From the NCBI RefSeq assembly GCF_009914755.1, contig NC_060948.1: a stretch of DNA of 64,000 nucleotides; one strand, given 5' to 3'. The number at the start of each line of letters is the position of its first letter. Position 1 is the first letter of the stretch. This document shows positions 41,788 through 56,081 of this stretch, in pieces. Source of the DNA: the human T2T-CHM13v2.0 reference genome, Homo sapiens. The notes beneath the pieces are model-generated. The model was given only the letters and a program-made list of their open reading frames with translations, made no database searches and was not told where the DNA came from. Position numbers and translations under genes: made by a program.

Positions 41788-44700
41788 TTGAATGGAATAG
41801 AACAGAATGGAATCAAATCGAATGAAATGGAATGGAATAGAAAGGAATGGAATGAAATGCAATGGAAAGGATTCGAATGGAATGCAATCGAATGGAATGG
41901 AATCGAACGGAATGGAATAAAATGGAAGAAAACTGGCAAGAAATGGAATCGAAATGAATGGAGTGTTATGGAACGGACTCAAAAGGAATTGAATGTAACA
42001 GAATGGAGTGGAGTGGACTCGAATATAATGGACTGGAATGGAATGAAATCACATGGAATGGGAACGAATGGAATGGAATGGAAAGGAATGGAATCGAATG
42101 GAAAGGAATCGAATGGAAGGGAATGAAATTGAATCAACAGGAATGGAAGGGAATAGAATAGACTGTAATGGAATGGACTCGAATAGAATGGACACGAATG
42201 CTCAAATTAAATGGACTCGAATGGAATGGAAACGAAAGGAATGTCATCGAATGGAATTGAATCGATTGGAATGAAATCGCATAGAATGGAGTGGAATCAA
42301 ATGGAATTGAATCGAAAGGAAAGGAAGCGAATGGACTGAAATGAAATGGAATGGAATTGAATGGAAAGTAATGCAATGGAATAGAATGGAACGAAATTTC
42401 ACGGAATGGAATCAAACTGAATGGAATCAAATCAATGGAATCAAATCAAATGGAATGGAAAGGAATTGAATGGAGTAGATGGGATTGGATGGGATTGGAA
42501 TGAAATGTACTGGAAAGGACTCGAATTTCATGAAACGGAATGGAATGAATTGGAACGGAATGGACTCGAATGGAATGGAATGTCATGGGATGGCATCAAA
42601 TGTAATGGTATCAAATGGAATGGAATCGAATGCAATGGAATGCTATGGAATGGAATGGAATGCATTGGAATGGAATGTCCTCTAATGGAATGGATTCGAG
42701 TGGAATGGAATTGAATATAATGGAGTCGAATGAAATGGAATTGAAAGGAATGGGATCGAATACAATGGAATATACTGGAATGCAACGTAATGAACTCGAA
42801 TGTAATTAACTGGAATGGAATGTACATGAATGGAATGTAATCGAATGGAAAGTAATCCAATGGAATAGAATCTAATGCAATAAAATCGACTCAGATAGAG
42901 TAGAATGTAATGGAATGGAGTGCAGTGAAATGGAATGGAATGGAATGGAATGCAATGGAATGGAATGGAATGGAATGGAATGGAATGGAATGGAATGGAA
43001 TGGGATGGAATGGTATGGAATGGATAGTAATGGACTGGAGTGAAATGGACTGGAAAGGAATGGACTCAAATTGAAAGGGCTCGAAAGGAATGGAGTCAAA
43101 TGGAATGGTCTGGAATGGAATGAACACGAATGTAATGCAACCCAATAGAATGGAATCGAATGGCATGGAATATAAAGAAATGGAATCGAAGAGAATGGAA
43201 ACAAATGGAATGGAATTGAATGGAATGGGAACGAATGGAGTGAAATTGTATGCAGTAGAAGAGAATAGAATGGAATGCAAGCGAAAGGAAAGGAATGGAT
43301 TGGAATGGAATGGAATTCATTGGAATGGAAGGGAATGTAGTGTAATGGACAGGCCTGGAATAAAGTGGAATGCTACGGTCTCGAATGGAATAAAAATGTA
43401 TGGAATGGAATGCAATGAAACGGAATCGAATGTCATAGAATGTAATGGAATGCAAAAAAATGGAATCCAAAATCATTGACTGGAAAGGCTGGGTGTCGAA
43501 AGGAATTGACTCCAATGGAATGGAATCGAATGGAATGGAAGTGAATAGAATCGAACTAAATCGAATGGAATGGAATTGATAGGAATGGAATGGAAAGGAA
43601 TGCAATGATTTGCCATGGAATGGAATCGAATGGCATCGAATGGAATGGAATGGAATGCAATGGAATGGAATGTATTAGAATGTAATGAACTTTAATGGAA
43701 TGTACTCGAATGGATTCGACTGGAATGGAAAGTTCTGGAAGTGAATGGACTCCAATGGAATGGCTTCAAAAGGAATGGAATCGTACGGAATGGAATCTAA
43801 TGGAATGGAATTAAATGGAAATGAATCAAATTGAATAGCACGGAATTGAGTTGAATGGAATCGAATGCAATGGAATCTAATGAAACGGAAAGGAAAGGAA
43901 TGGAATGGAATGGAATGGGCTGGAATGGAAAGGAATCGAAACGAATGGAATGGAATCGAACTGAAGAGACTGGAATGGAATGCACTGGAATGGAAGGGAG
44001 TGTAATGGAAGGTTCTCGAAAAAAATGGAATCGAATGGAATGGAATTGAATGGAACGGAATGGAGTTGAATGGAATTGAATGGAATGGAATGGACTAGAG
44101 TGAAATGGAAACGAACCACAAGGAATGGACAGGAATAGAATGGTCTCGAATTGAATGGAATCGTATGGAATGGCATCAAACGGAATGGAATGGACAGCCA
44201 CGGAATGGAATGCACTCGAATGCAATGGAGTCGAAACTAACGGACTGGAATAGAATGGACTCGACTGGTACGGACTCCAATGGAATGGAATCGAATGGAA
44301 GGGAATCGAACGGAAGGGAATCGAACGGAATGGACTCGAAGGGAAAAGACTGCAATGGAAAGGTCTCGAATGGAATGGAAATTAATGGAATGGAATGGAG
44401 TCGAATGAAATGGAGTCAAAAGGAATGGAATCGAATGGCAAGAAATCGAATGTAATGGAATCGCAAGGAATTGATGTGAACGGAACGGAATGGAATGGAA
44501 TCCAAAGGAATGGAATAGAATGGAATGGAATCGAATGGAAAGGACTCGAATGGAAATCACTCGAATAGAATGCAATTTAATAAAATAGGATCAAATGTAA
44601 TGGAATGGAATGGAAATGAATCGAAACGAAAGGAATGGAGACAGATGGAATGGAATGGAACAGAGAGCAATGGTATAGAATGGAATGGAATCATCTGGAA

Positions 44701-45355
44701 TGGAATTGAATGGAATGGAATAATATGAAATGGAATGGAATGGAATGGAATGGAATGCCCTTGAATTAAATGGACTGGAATGGAATGGACTCAAACAGAG
44801 TGGAATGGAAAGTGTGGAGATAGAATGGAATGAACTCCTTTGGAATGGTCTAGTGGGCAATGCAATCGACTGGCAGGGAATCAAAAGGAATGTAATCGAA
44901 TGGATTGGACTGGAATGCAATGGACTCGAATAGATTGGAAACGGAATGCAAAGAATGGAATGGAATAGTATGGAATGGAATGGAAAGGAATGGAGTGGAA
45001 CAGACTAGAGTGGAATGGAATGGACTGGAAAGCAATGGACTGGAATGGAACTTTCTTGAATGGACTGGAATCAAACGGAATGGAATGCAATGCAATCAAA
45101 TGGCATGGAATAAAATAGAATGAAAGAGAATCAAATGGAATTGAATCGAATGGAATCGAATGGATTGGAAAGGAATAGAATGGAATGGAATGGAATTGAC
45201 TCAAATGGAATGGACTAGAATGGAATGGATTCGAATGGAAGGCAAAGGAATGGAATCTATTGGAATGGACTGTAATGGAATGGAATGGAAGGGATTGGAA
45301 TGGACTCGAATGGAATGGACTGCAATAGAAAGGATTCGAATGGAATGAAAAAGAA
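41788..45355. repeat. DYZ1 monomer 13 (3568 bp)
   Basis: First half like monomers 11-12. Second half carries AAACTAACGG and GGAGTCGAATGAAA like monomers 14-16. Confidence 0.9.
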
Positions 45356-48300
45356 TTGAATGGAATAGAACAGAATGGAATCAAATCGAATGAAATGGAA
45401 TGGAATAGAAAGGAATGGAATGAAATGGAATGGAAAGGATTCGAATGGAATGCAATCGAATGGAATGGAATCGAACGGAATGGAATAAAATGGAAGAAAA
45501 CTGGCAAGAAATGGAATCGAAATGAATGGAGTGTTATGGAACGGACTCAAAAGGAATTGAATGTAATAGAATGGAGTGGAGTGGACTCGAATATAATGGA
45601 CTGGAATGGAATGAAATCACATGGAATGGGAACGAATGGAATGGAATGGAAAGGAATGGAATCGAATGGAAAGGAATCGAATGGAAGGGAATGAAATTGA
45701 ATCAACAGGAATGGAAGGGAATAGAATAGACTGTAATGGAATGGACTCGAATAGAATGGACACGAATGCTCAAATTAAATGGACTCGAATGGAATGGAAA
45801 CGAAAGGAATGTCATCGAATGGAATTGAATCGATTGGAATGAAATCGCATAGAATGGAGTGGAATCAAATGGAATTGAATCGAAAGGAAAGGAAGCGAAT
45901 GGACTGAAATGAAATGGAATGGAATTGAATGGAAAGTAATGCAATGGAATAGAATGGAACGAAATTTCACGGAATGGAATCAAACTGAATGGAATCAAAT
46001 CAATGGAATCAAATCAAATGGAATGGAAAGGAATTGAATGGAGTAGATGGGATTGGATGGGATTGGAATGAAATGTACTGGAAAGGACTCGAATTTCATG
46101 AAACGGAATGGAATGAATTGGAACGGAATGGACTCGAATGGAATGGAATGTCATGGGATGGCATCAAATGGAATGGCATCAAATGGAATGGAATCGAATG
46201 CAATGGAATGCTATGGAATGGAATGGAATGCATTGGAATGGAATGTCCTCTAATGGAATGGATTCGAGTGGAATGGAATTGAATATAATGGAGTCGAATG
46301 AAATGGAATTGAAAGGAATGGGATCGAATACAATGGAATATACTGGAATGTAACGTAATGAACTCGAATGTAATTGACTGGAATGGAATGTACATGAATG
46401 GAATGTAATCGAATGGAAAGTAATCCAATGGAATAGAATCTAATGCAATAAAATCGACTCAGATAGAGTAGAATGTAATGGAATGGAGTGCAGTGCAATG
46501 GAATGGAATGGAATGGAATGCAATGGAATGGAATGGAATGGAATGGAATGGAATGGAATGGAACGGAATGGAATGGGATGGAATGGTATGGAATGGATAG
46601 TAATGGACTGGAGTGAAATGGACTGGAAAGGAATGGACTCAAATTGAAAGGGCTCGAAAGGAATGGAGTCAAATGGAATGGTCTGGAATGGAATGAACAC
46701 GAATGTAATGCAACCCAATAGAATGGAATCGAATGGCATGGAATATAAAGAAATGGAATCGAAGAGAATGGAAACAAATGGAATGGAATTGAATGGAATG
46801 GGAACGAATGGAGTGAAATTGTATGCAGTAGAAGAGAATAGAATGGAATGCAAGCGAAAGGAAAGGAATGCATTGGAATGGAATGGAATTCATTGGAATG
46901 GAAGGGAATGTAGTGTAATGGACAGGCCTGGAATAAAGTGGAATGCTACGGTCTCGAATGGAATAAAAATGTATGGAATGGAATGCAATGAAACGGAATC
47001 GAATGTCATAGAATGTAATGGAATGCAAAAAAATGGAATCCAAAATCATTGACTGGAAAGGCTGGGTGTCGAAAGGAATTGACTCCAATGGAATGGAATC
47101 GAATGGAATGGAAGTGAATAGAATCGAACTAAATCGAATGGAATGGAATTGATAGGAACGGAATGGAAAGGAATGCAATGATTTGGCATGGAATGGAATC
47201 GAATGGCATCGAATGGAATGGAATGGAATGCAATGGAATGGAATGTATTAGAATGTAATGAACTTTAATGGAATGTACTCGAATGGATTCGACTGGAATG
47301 GAATGTTCTGGAAGTGAATGGACTCCAATGGAATGGATTCCAAAGGAATGGAATCGTACGGAATGGAATCTAATGGAATGGAATTAAATGGAAATGAATC
47401 AAATTGAATAGCACGGAATTGAATTGAATGGAATCGAATGCAATGGAATCTAATGAAACGGAAAGGAAAGGAATGGAATGGAATGGAATGGGCTGGAATG
47501 GAAAGGAATCGAAACGAATGGAATGGAATCGAACTGAAGAGACTGGAATGGAATGCACTGGAATGGAAGGGAGTGTAATGGAAGGTTCTCGAAAAAAATG
47601 GAGTCGAATGGAATGGAATTGAATGGAACGGAATAGAGTCGAATGGAATTGAATGGAATGGAATGGACTAGAGTGAAATGGAATCGAACCACAAGGAATG
47701 GACAGGAATAGAATGGTCTCGAATTGAATGGAATCGTATGGAATGGCATCAAACGGAATGGAATGGACAGCCACGGAATGGAATGCACTCGAATGCAATG
47801 GAGTCGAAACTAACGGACTGGAATAGAATGGACTCGACTGGTACGGACTCCAATGGAATGGAATCGAATGGAAGGGAATCGAACGGAAGGGAATCGAACG
47901 GAATGGACTCGAAGGGAAAAGACTGCAATGGAAAGGTCTCGAATGGAATGGAAATTAATGGAATGGAATGGAGTCGAATGAAATGGAGTCAAAAGGAATG
48001 GAATCGAATGGCAAGAAATCGAATGTAATGGAATCGCAAGGAATTGATGTGAACGGAACGGAATGGAATGGAATCCAAAGGAATGGAATAGAATGGAATG
48101 GAATCGAATGGAAAGGACTCGAATGGAAATCACTCGAATAGAATGCAATTTAATAAAATAGGATCAAATGTAATGGAATGGAATGGAAAGGAATCGAAAC
48201 GAAAGGAATGGAGACAGATGGAATGGAATGGAACAGAGAGCAATGGTATAGAATGGAATGGAATCATCTGGAATGGAATTGAATGGCATGGAATAATATG

Positions 48301-48929
48301 AAATGGAATGGAATGGAATGGAATGGAATGCCCTTGAATTAAATGGACTGGAATGGAATGGACTCAAACAGAGTGGAGTGGAAAGTGTGGAGATAGAATG
48401 GAATGAACTCCTTTGGAATGGTCTAGTAGGCAATGCAATCGACTGGCAGGGAATCAAAAGGAATGTAATCGAATGGATTGGACTGGAATGCAATGGACTC
48501 GAATAGATTGGAAACGGAATGCAAAGGAATGGAATGGAATAGTATGGAATGGAATGGAAAGGAATGGAGTGGAACAGACTATAGTGGAATGGAATGGACT
48601 GGAAAGCAATGGACTGGAATGGAACTTTCTTGAATGGACTGGAATCAAACGGAATGGAATGCAATGCAATCAAATGGCATGGAATAAAATAGAATGAAAG
48701 AGAATCAAATGGAATTGAATCGAATGGAATCGAATGGATTGGAAAGGAATAGAATGGAATGGAATGGAATTGACTCAAATGGAATGGACTAGAATGGAAT
48801 GGATTCGAATGGAAGGCAAAGGAATGGAATCTATTGGAATGGACTGTAATGGAATGGAATGGAAGGGATTGGAATGGACTCGAATGGAATGGACTGCAAT
48901 AGAAAGGATTCGAATGGAATGAAAAAGAA
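45356..48929. repeat. DYZ1 monomer 14 (3574 bp)
   Basis: GGAAC interruption in the pentamer tract (~46560), TTCCAAAGG, AAACTAACGG. Confidence 0.9.
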
Positions 48930-51900
48930 TTGAATGGAATAGAACAGAATGGAATCAAATCGAATGAAATGGAATGGAATAGAAAGGAATGGAATGAAAT
49001 GGAATGGAAAGGATTCGAATGGAATGCAATCGAATGGAATGGAATCGAACGGAATGGAATAAAATGGAAGAAAACTGGCAAGAAATGGAATCGAAATGAA
49101 TGGAGTGTTATGGAACGGACTCAAAAGGAATTGAATGTAATAGAATGGAGTGGAGTGGACTCGAATATAATGGACTGGAATGGAATGAAATCACATGGAA
49201 TGGGAACGAATGGAATGGAATGGAAAGGAATGGAATCGAATGGAAAGGAATCGAATGGAAGGGAATGAAATTGAATCAACAGGAATGGAAGGGAATAGAA
49301 TAGACGGTAATGGAATGGACTCGAATAGAATGGACACGAATGCTCAAATTAAATGGACTCGAATGGAATGGAAACGAAAGGAATGTCATCGAATGGAATT
49401 GAATCGATTGGAATGAAATCGCATAGAATGGAGTGGAATCAAATGGAATTGAATCGAAAGGAAAGGAAGCGAATGGACTGAAATGAAATGGAATGGAATT
49501 GAATGGAAAGTAATGCAATGGAATAGAATGGAACGAAATTTCACGGAATGGAATCAAACTGAATGGAATCAAATCAATGGAATCAAATCAAATGGAATGG
49601 AAAGGAATTGAATGGAGTAGATGGGATTGGATGGGATTGGAATGAAATGTACTGGAAAGGACTCGAATTTCATGAAACGGAATGGAATGAATTGGAACGG
49701 AATGGACTCGAATGGAATGGAATGTCATGGGATGGCATCAAATGGAATGGCATCAAATGGAATGGAATCGAATGCAATGGAATGCTATGGAATGGAATGG
49801 AATGCATTGGAATGGAATGTCCTCTAATGGAATGGATTCGAGTGGAATGGAATTGAATATAATGGAGTCGAATGAAATGGAATTGAAAGGAATGGGATCG
49901 AATACAATGGAATATACTGGAATGTAACGTAATGAACTCGAATGTAATTGACTGGAATGGAATGTACATGAATGGAATGTAATCGAATGGAAAGTAATCC
50001 AATGGAATAGAATCTAATGCAATAAAATCGACTCAGATAGAGTAGAATGTAATGGAATGGAGTGCAGTGCAATGGAATGGAATGGAATGGAATGCAATGG
50101 AATGGAATGGAATGGAATGGAATGGAATGGAATGGAACGGAATGGAATGGGATGGAATGGTATGGAATGGATAGTAATGGACTGGAGTGAAATGGACTGG
50201 AAAGGAATGGACTCAAATTGAAAGGGCTCGAAAGGAATGGAGTCAAATGGAATGGTCTGGAATGGAATGAACACGAATGTAATGCAACCCAATAGAATGG
50301 AATCGAATGGCATGGAATATAAAGAAATGGAATCAAAGAGAATGGAAACAAATGGAATGGAATTGAATGGAATGGGAACGAATGGAGTGAAATTGTATGC
50401 AGTAGAAGAGAATAGAATGGAATGCAAGCGAAAGGAAAGGAATGGATTGGAATGGAATGGAATTCATTGGAATGGAAGGGAATGTAGTGTAATGGACAGG
50501 CCTGGAATAAAGTGGAATGCTACGGTCTCGAATGGAATAAAAATGTATGGAATGGAATGCAATGAAACGGAATCGAATGTCATAGAATGTAATGGAATGC
50601 AAAAAAATGGAATCCAAAATCATTGACTGGAAAGGCTGGGTGTCGAAAGGAATTGACTCCAATGGAATGGAATCGAATGGAATGGAAGTGAATAGAATCG
50701 AACTAAATCGAATGGAATGGAATTGATAGGAACGGAATGGAAAGGAATGCAATGATTTGGCATGGAATGGAATCGAATGGCATCGAATGGAATGGAATGG
50801 AATGCAATGGAATGGAATGTATTAGAATGTAATGAACTTTAATGGAATGTACTCGAATGGATTCGACTGGAATGGAATGTTCTGGAAGTGAATGGACTCC
50901 AATGGAATGGATTCCAAAGGAATGGAATCGTACGGAATGGAATCTAATGGAATGGAATTAAATGGAAATGAATCAAATTGAATAGCACGGAATTGAATTG
51001 AATGGAATCGAATGCAATGGAATCTAATGAAACGGAAAGGAAAGGAATGGAATGGAATGGAATGGGCTGGAATGGAAAGGAATCGAAACGAGTGGAATGG
51101 AATCGAACTGAAGAGACTGGAATGGAATGCACTGGAATGGAAGGGAGTGTAATGGAAGGTTCTCGAAAAAAATGGAATCGAATGGAATGGAATTGAATGG
51201 AACGGAATAGATTCGAATGGAATTGAATGGAATGGAATGGACTAGAGTGAAATGGAATCGAACCACAAGGAATGGACAGGAATAGAACGGTCTCGAATTG
51301 AATGGAATCGTATGGAATGGCATCAAACGGAATGGAATGGACAGCCACGGAATGGAATGCACTCGAATGCAATGGAGTCGAAACTAACGGACTGGAATAG
51401 AATGGACTCGACTGGTACGGACTCCAATGGAATGGAATCGAATGGAAGGGAATCGAACGGAAGGGAATCGAACGGAATGGACTCGAAGGGAAAAGACTGC
51501 AATGGAAAGGTCTCGAATGGAATGGAAATTAATGGAATGGAATGGAGTCGAATGAAATGGAGTCAAAAGGAATGGAATCGAATGGCAAGAAATCGAATGT
51601 AATGGAATCGCAAGGAATGGATGTGAACGGAACGGAATGGAATGGAATCCAAAGGAATGGAATAGAATGGAATGGAATCGAATGGAAAGGACTCGAATGG
51701 AAATCACTCGAATAGAATGCAATTTAATAAAATAGGATCAAATGTAATGGAATGGAATGGAAAGGAATCGAAACGAAAGGAATGGAGACAGATGGAATGG
51801 AATGGAACAGAGAGCAATGGTATAGAATGGAATGGAATCATCTGGAATGGAATTGAATGGAATGGAATAATATGAAATGGAATGGAATGGAATGGAATGG

Positions 51901-52502
51901 AATGCCCTTGAATTAAATGGACTGGAATGGAATGGACTCAAACAGAGTGGAATGGAAAGTGTGGAGATAGAATGGAATGAACTCCTTTGGAATGGTCTAG
52001 TAGGCAATGCAATCGACTGGCAGGGAATCAAAAGGAATGTAATCGAATGGATTGGACTGGAATGCAATGGACTCGAATAGATTGGAAACGGAATGCAAAG
52101 AATGGAATGGAATAGTATGGAATGGAATGGAAAGGAATGGAGTGGAACAGACTAGAGTGGAATGGAATGGACTGGAAAGCAATGGACTGGAATGGAACTT
52201 TCTTGAATGGACTGGAATCAAACGGAATGGAATGCAATGCAATCAAATGGCATGGAATAAAATAGAATGAAAGAGAATCAAATGGAATTGAATCGAATGG
52301 AATCGAATGGATTGGAAAGGAATAGAATGGAATGGAATGGAATTGACTCAAATGGAATGGACTAGAATGGAATGGATTCGAATGGAAGGCAAAGGAATGG
52401 AATCTATTGGAATGGACTGTAATGGAATGGAATGGAAGGGATTGGAATGGACTCGAATGGAATGGACTGCAATAGAAAGGATTCGAATGGAATGAAAAAG
52501 AA
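48930..52502. repeat. DYZ1 monomer 15 (3573 bp)
   Basis: Near twin of monomer 14 (same GGAAC interruption at ~50135). Confidence 0.9.
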
Positions 52503-55500
52503 TTGAATGGAATAGAACAGAATGGAATCAAATCGAATGAAATGGAATGGAATAGAAAGGAATGGAATGAAATGGAATGGAAAGGATTCGAATGGAATGC
52601 AATCGAATGGAATGGAATCGAACGGAATGGAATAAAATGGAAGAAAACTGGCAAGAAATGGAATCGAAATGAATGGAGTGTTATGGAACGGACTCAAAAG
52701 GAATTGAATGTAATAGAATGGAGTGGAGTGGACTCGAATATAATGGACTGGAATGGAATGAAATCACATGGAATGGGAACGAATGGAATGGAATGGAAAG
52801 GAATGCAATCGAATGGAAAGGAATCGAATGGAAGGGAATGAAATTGAATCAACAGGAATGGAAGGGAATAGAATAGACGGTAATGGAATGGACTCGAATA
52901 GAATGGACACGAATGCTCAAATTAAATGGACTCGAATGGAATGGAAACGAAAGGAATGTCATCGAATGGAATTGAATCGATTGGAATGAAATCGCATAGA
53001 ATGGAGTGGAATCAAATGGAATTGAATCGAAAGGAAAGGAAGCGAATGGACTGAAATGAAATGGAATGGAATTGAATGGAAAGTAATGCAATGGAATAGA
53101 ATGGAACGAAATTTCACGGAATGGAATCAAACTGAATGGAATCAAATCAATGGAATCAAATCAAATGGAATGGAAAGGAATTGAATGGAGTAGATGGGAT
53201 TGGATGGGATTGGAATGAAATGTACTGGAAAGGACTCGAATTTCATGAAACGGAATGGAATGAATTGGAACGGAATGGACTCGAATGGAATGGAATGTCA
53301 TGGGATGGCATCAAATGGAATGGCATCAAATGGAATGGAATCGAATGCAATGGAATGCTATGGAATGGAATGGAATGCATTGGAATGGAATGTCCTCTAA
53401 TGGAATGGATTCGAGTGGAATGGAATTGAATATAATGGAGTCGAATGAAATGGAATTGAAAGGAATGGGATCGAATACAATGGAATATACTGGAATGTAA
53501 CGTAATGAACTCGAATGTAATTGACTGGAATGGAATGTACATGAATGGAATGTAATCGAATGGAAAGTAATCCAATGGAATAGAATCTAATGCAATAAAA
53601 TCGACTCAGATAGAGTAGAATGTAATGGAATGGAGTGCAGTGCAATGGAATGGAATGGAATGGAATGCAATGGAATGGAATGGAATGGAATGGAATGGAA
53701 TGGAATGGAATGGAATGGGATGGAATGGTATGGAATGGATAGTAATGGACTGGAGTGAAATGGACTGGAAAGGAATGGACTCAAATTGAAAGGGCTCGAA
53801 AGGAATGGAGTCAAATGGAATGGTCTGGAATGGAATGAACACGAATGTAATGCAACCCAATAGAATGGAATCGAATGGCATGGAATATAAAGAAATGGAA
53901 TCGAAGAGAATGGAAACAAATGGAATGGAATTGAATGGAATGGAATTGAATGGAATGGGAACGAATGGAGTGAAATTGTATGCAGTAGAAGAGAATAGAA
54001 TGGAATGCAAGCGAAAGGAAAGGAATGGATTGGAATGGAATGGAATTCATTGGAATGGAAGGGAATGTAGTGTAATGGACAGGCCTGGAATAAAGTGGAA
54101 TGCTACGGTCTCGAATGGAATAAAAATGTATGGAATGGAATGCAATGAAACGGAATCGAATGTCATAGAATGTAATGGAATGCAAAAAAATGGAATCCAA
54201 AATCATTGACTGGAAAGGCTGGGTGTCGAAAGGAATTGACTCCAATGGAATGGAATCGAATGGAATGGAAGTGAATAGAATCGAACTAAATCGAATGGAA
54301 TGGAATTGATAGGAACGGAATGGAAAGGAATGCAATGATTTGGCATGGAATGGAATCGAATGGCATCGAATGGAATGGAATGGAATGCAATGGAATGGAA
54401 TGTATTAGAATGTAATGAACTTTAATGGAATGTACTCGAATGGATTCGACTGGAATGGAATGTTCTGGAAGTGAATGGACTCCAATGGAATGGATTCAAA
54501 AGGAATGGAATCGTACGGAATGGAATCTAATGGAATGGAATTAAATGGAAATGAATCAAATTGAATAGCACGGAATTGAATTGAATGGAATCGAATGCAA
54601 TGGAATCTAATGAAACGGAAAGGAAAGGAATGGAATGGAATGGAATGGGCTGGAATGGAAAGGAATCGAAACGAATGGAATGGAATCGAACTGAAGAGAC
54701 TGGAATGGAATGCACTGGAATGGAAGGGAGTGTAATGGAAGGTTCTCGAAAAAAATGGAATCGAATGGAATGGAATTGAATGGAACGGAATAGAGTCGAA
54801 TGGAATTGAATGGAATGGAATGGACTAGAGTGAAGTGGAATCGAACCACAAGGAATGGACAGGAATAGAATGGTCTCGAATTGAATGGAATCGTATGGAA
54901 TGGCATCAAACGGAATGGAATGGACAGCCACGGAATGGAATGCACTCGAATGCAATGGAGTCGAAACTAACGGACTGGAATAGAATTTACTCGACTGGTA
55001 CGGACTCCAATGGAATGGAATCGAATGGAAGGGAATCGAACGGAAGGGAATCGAAAGGAATGGACTCGAAGGGAAAAGACTGCAATGGAAAGGTCTCGAA
55101 TGGAATGGAAATTAATGGAATAGAATGGAGTCGAATGAAATGGAGTCAAAAGGAATGGAATCGAATGGCAAGAAATCGAATGTAATGGAATCGCAAGGAA
55201 TTGATGTGAACGGAACGGAATGGAATGGAATCCAAAGGAATGGAATAGAATGGAATGGAATCGAATGGAAAGGACTCGAATGGAAATCACTCGAATAGAA
55301 TGCAATTTAATAAAATAGGATCAAATGTAATGGAATGGAATGGAAAGGAATCGAAACGAAAGGAATGGAGACAGATGGAATGGAATGGAACAGAGAGCAA
55401 TGGTATAGAACGGAATGGAATCATCTGGAATGGAATTGAATGGAATGGAATAATATGAAATGGAAAGGAATGAAATGGAATGCCCTTGAATTAAATGGAC

Positions 55501-56081
55501 TACAATGGAATGGACTCGAACAGAGTGGAATGGAAAGTGTTGAAATAGAATGGAATTGACTCGTTTGGAATGGTCTAGTATGCAATGCAATCGACTGGCA
55601 GGGAATCAAAAGGAATGTAATCGAGTGGATTGGACTGGAATGCAATGGACTCGAATAGATTGGAAACGGAATGCAAAGGAATGGAATGGAATAGTATGGA
55701 ATGGAATGGAAAGGAATGGAGTGGAATAGACTAGAGTGGAATGGAATGGACTCGAAAGCAATGGACTGGAATGGAACTTTCTTGAATGAACTGGAACCAA
55801 AAGGAATGGAATGCAATGCAATCAAATGGCATGGAATAAGATAGAATGAAAGAGAATCAAATGGAATTGAATCGAATGGAATCGAATGGATTGGAAAGGA
55901 ATAGAATGGAATGGAATGGAATTGACTCAAATGGAATGGACTAGAATGGAATGGATTCGAATGGAAAGCAAAGGAATGGAATCTATCGGAATGGACTGTA
56001 ATGGAATGGAATGGAAGGGATTGGAATGGATTCGAATGGAATGGACTACAATAGAAAGGATTCGAATGGAATGAAAAAGAA
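52503..56081. repeat. DYZ1 monomer 16 (3579 bp)
   Basis: Like monomers 14-15 until ~55 kb, then rich in private substitutions. Confidence 0.9.
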
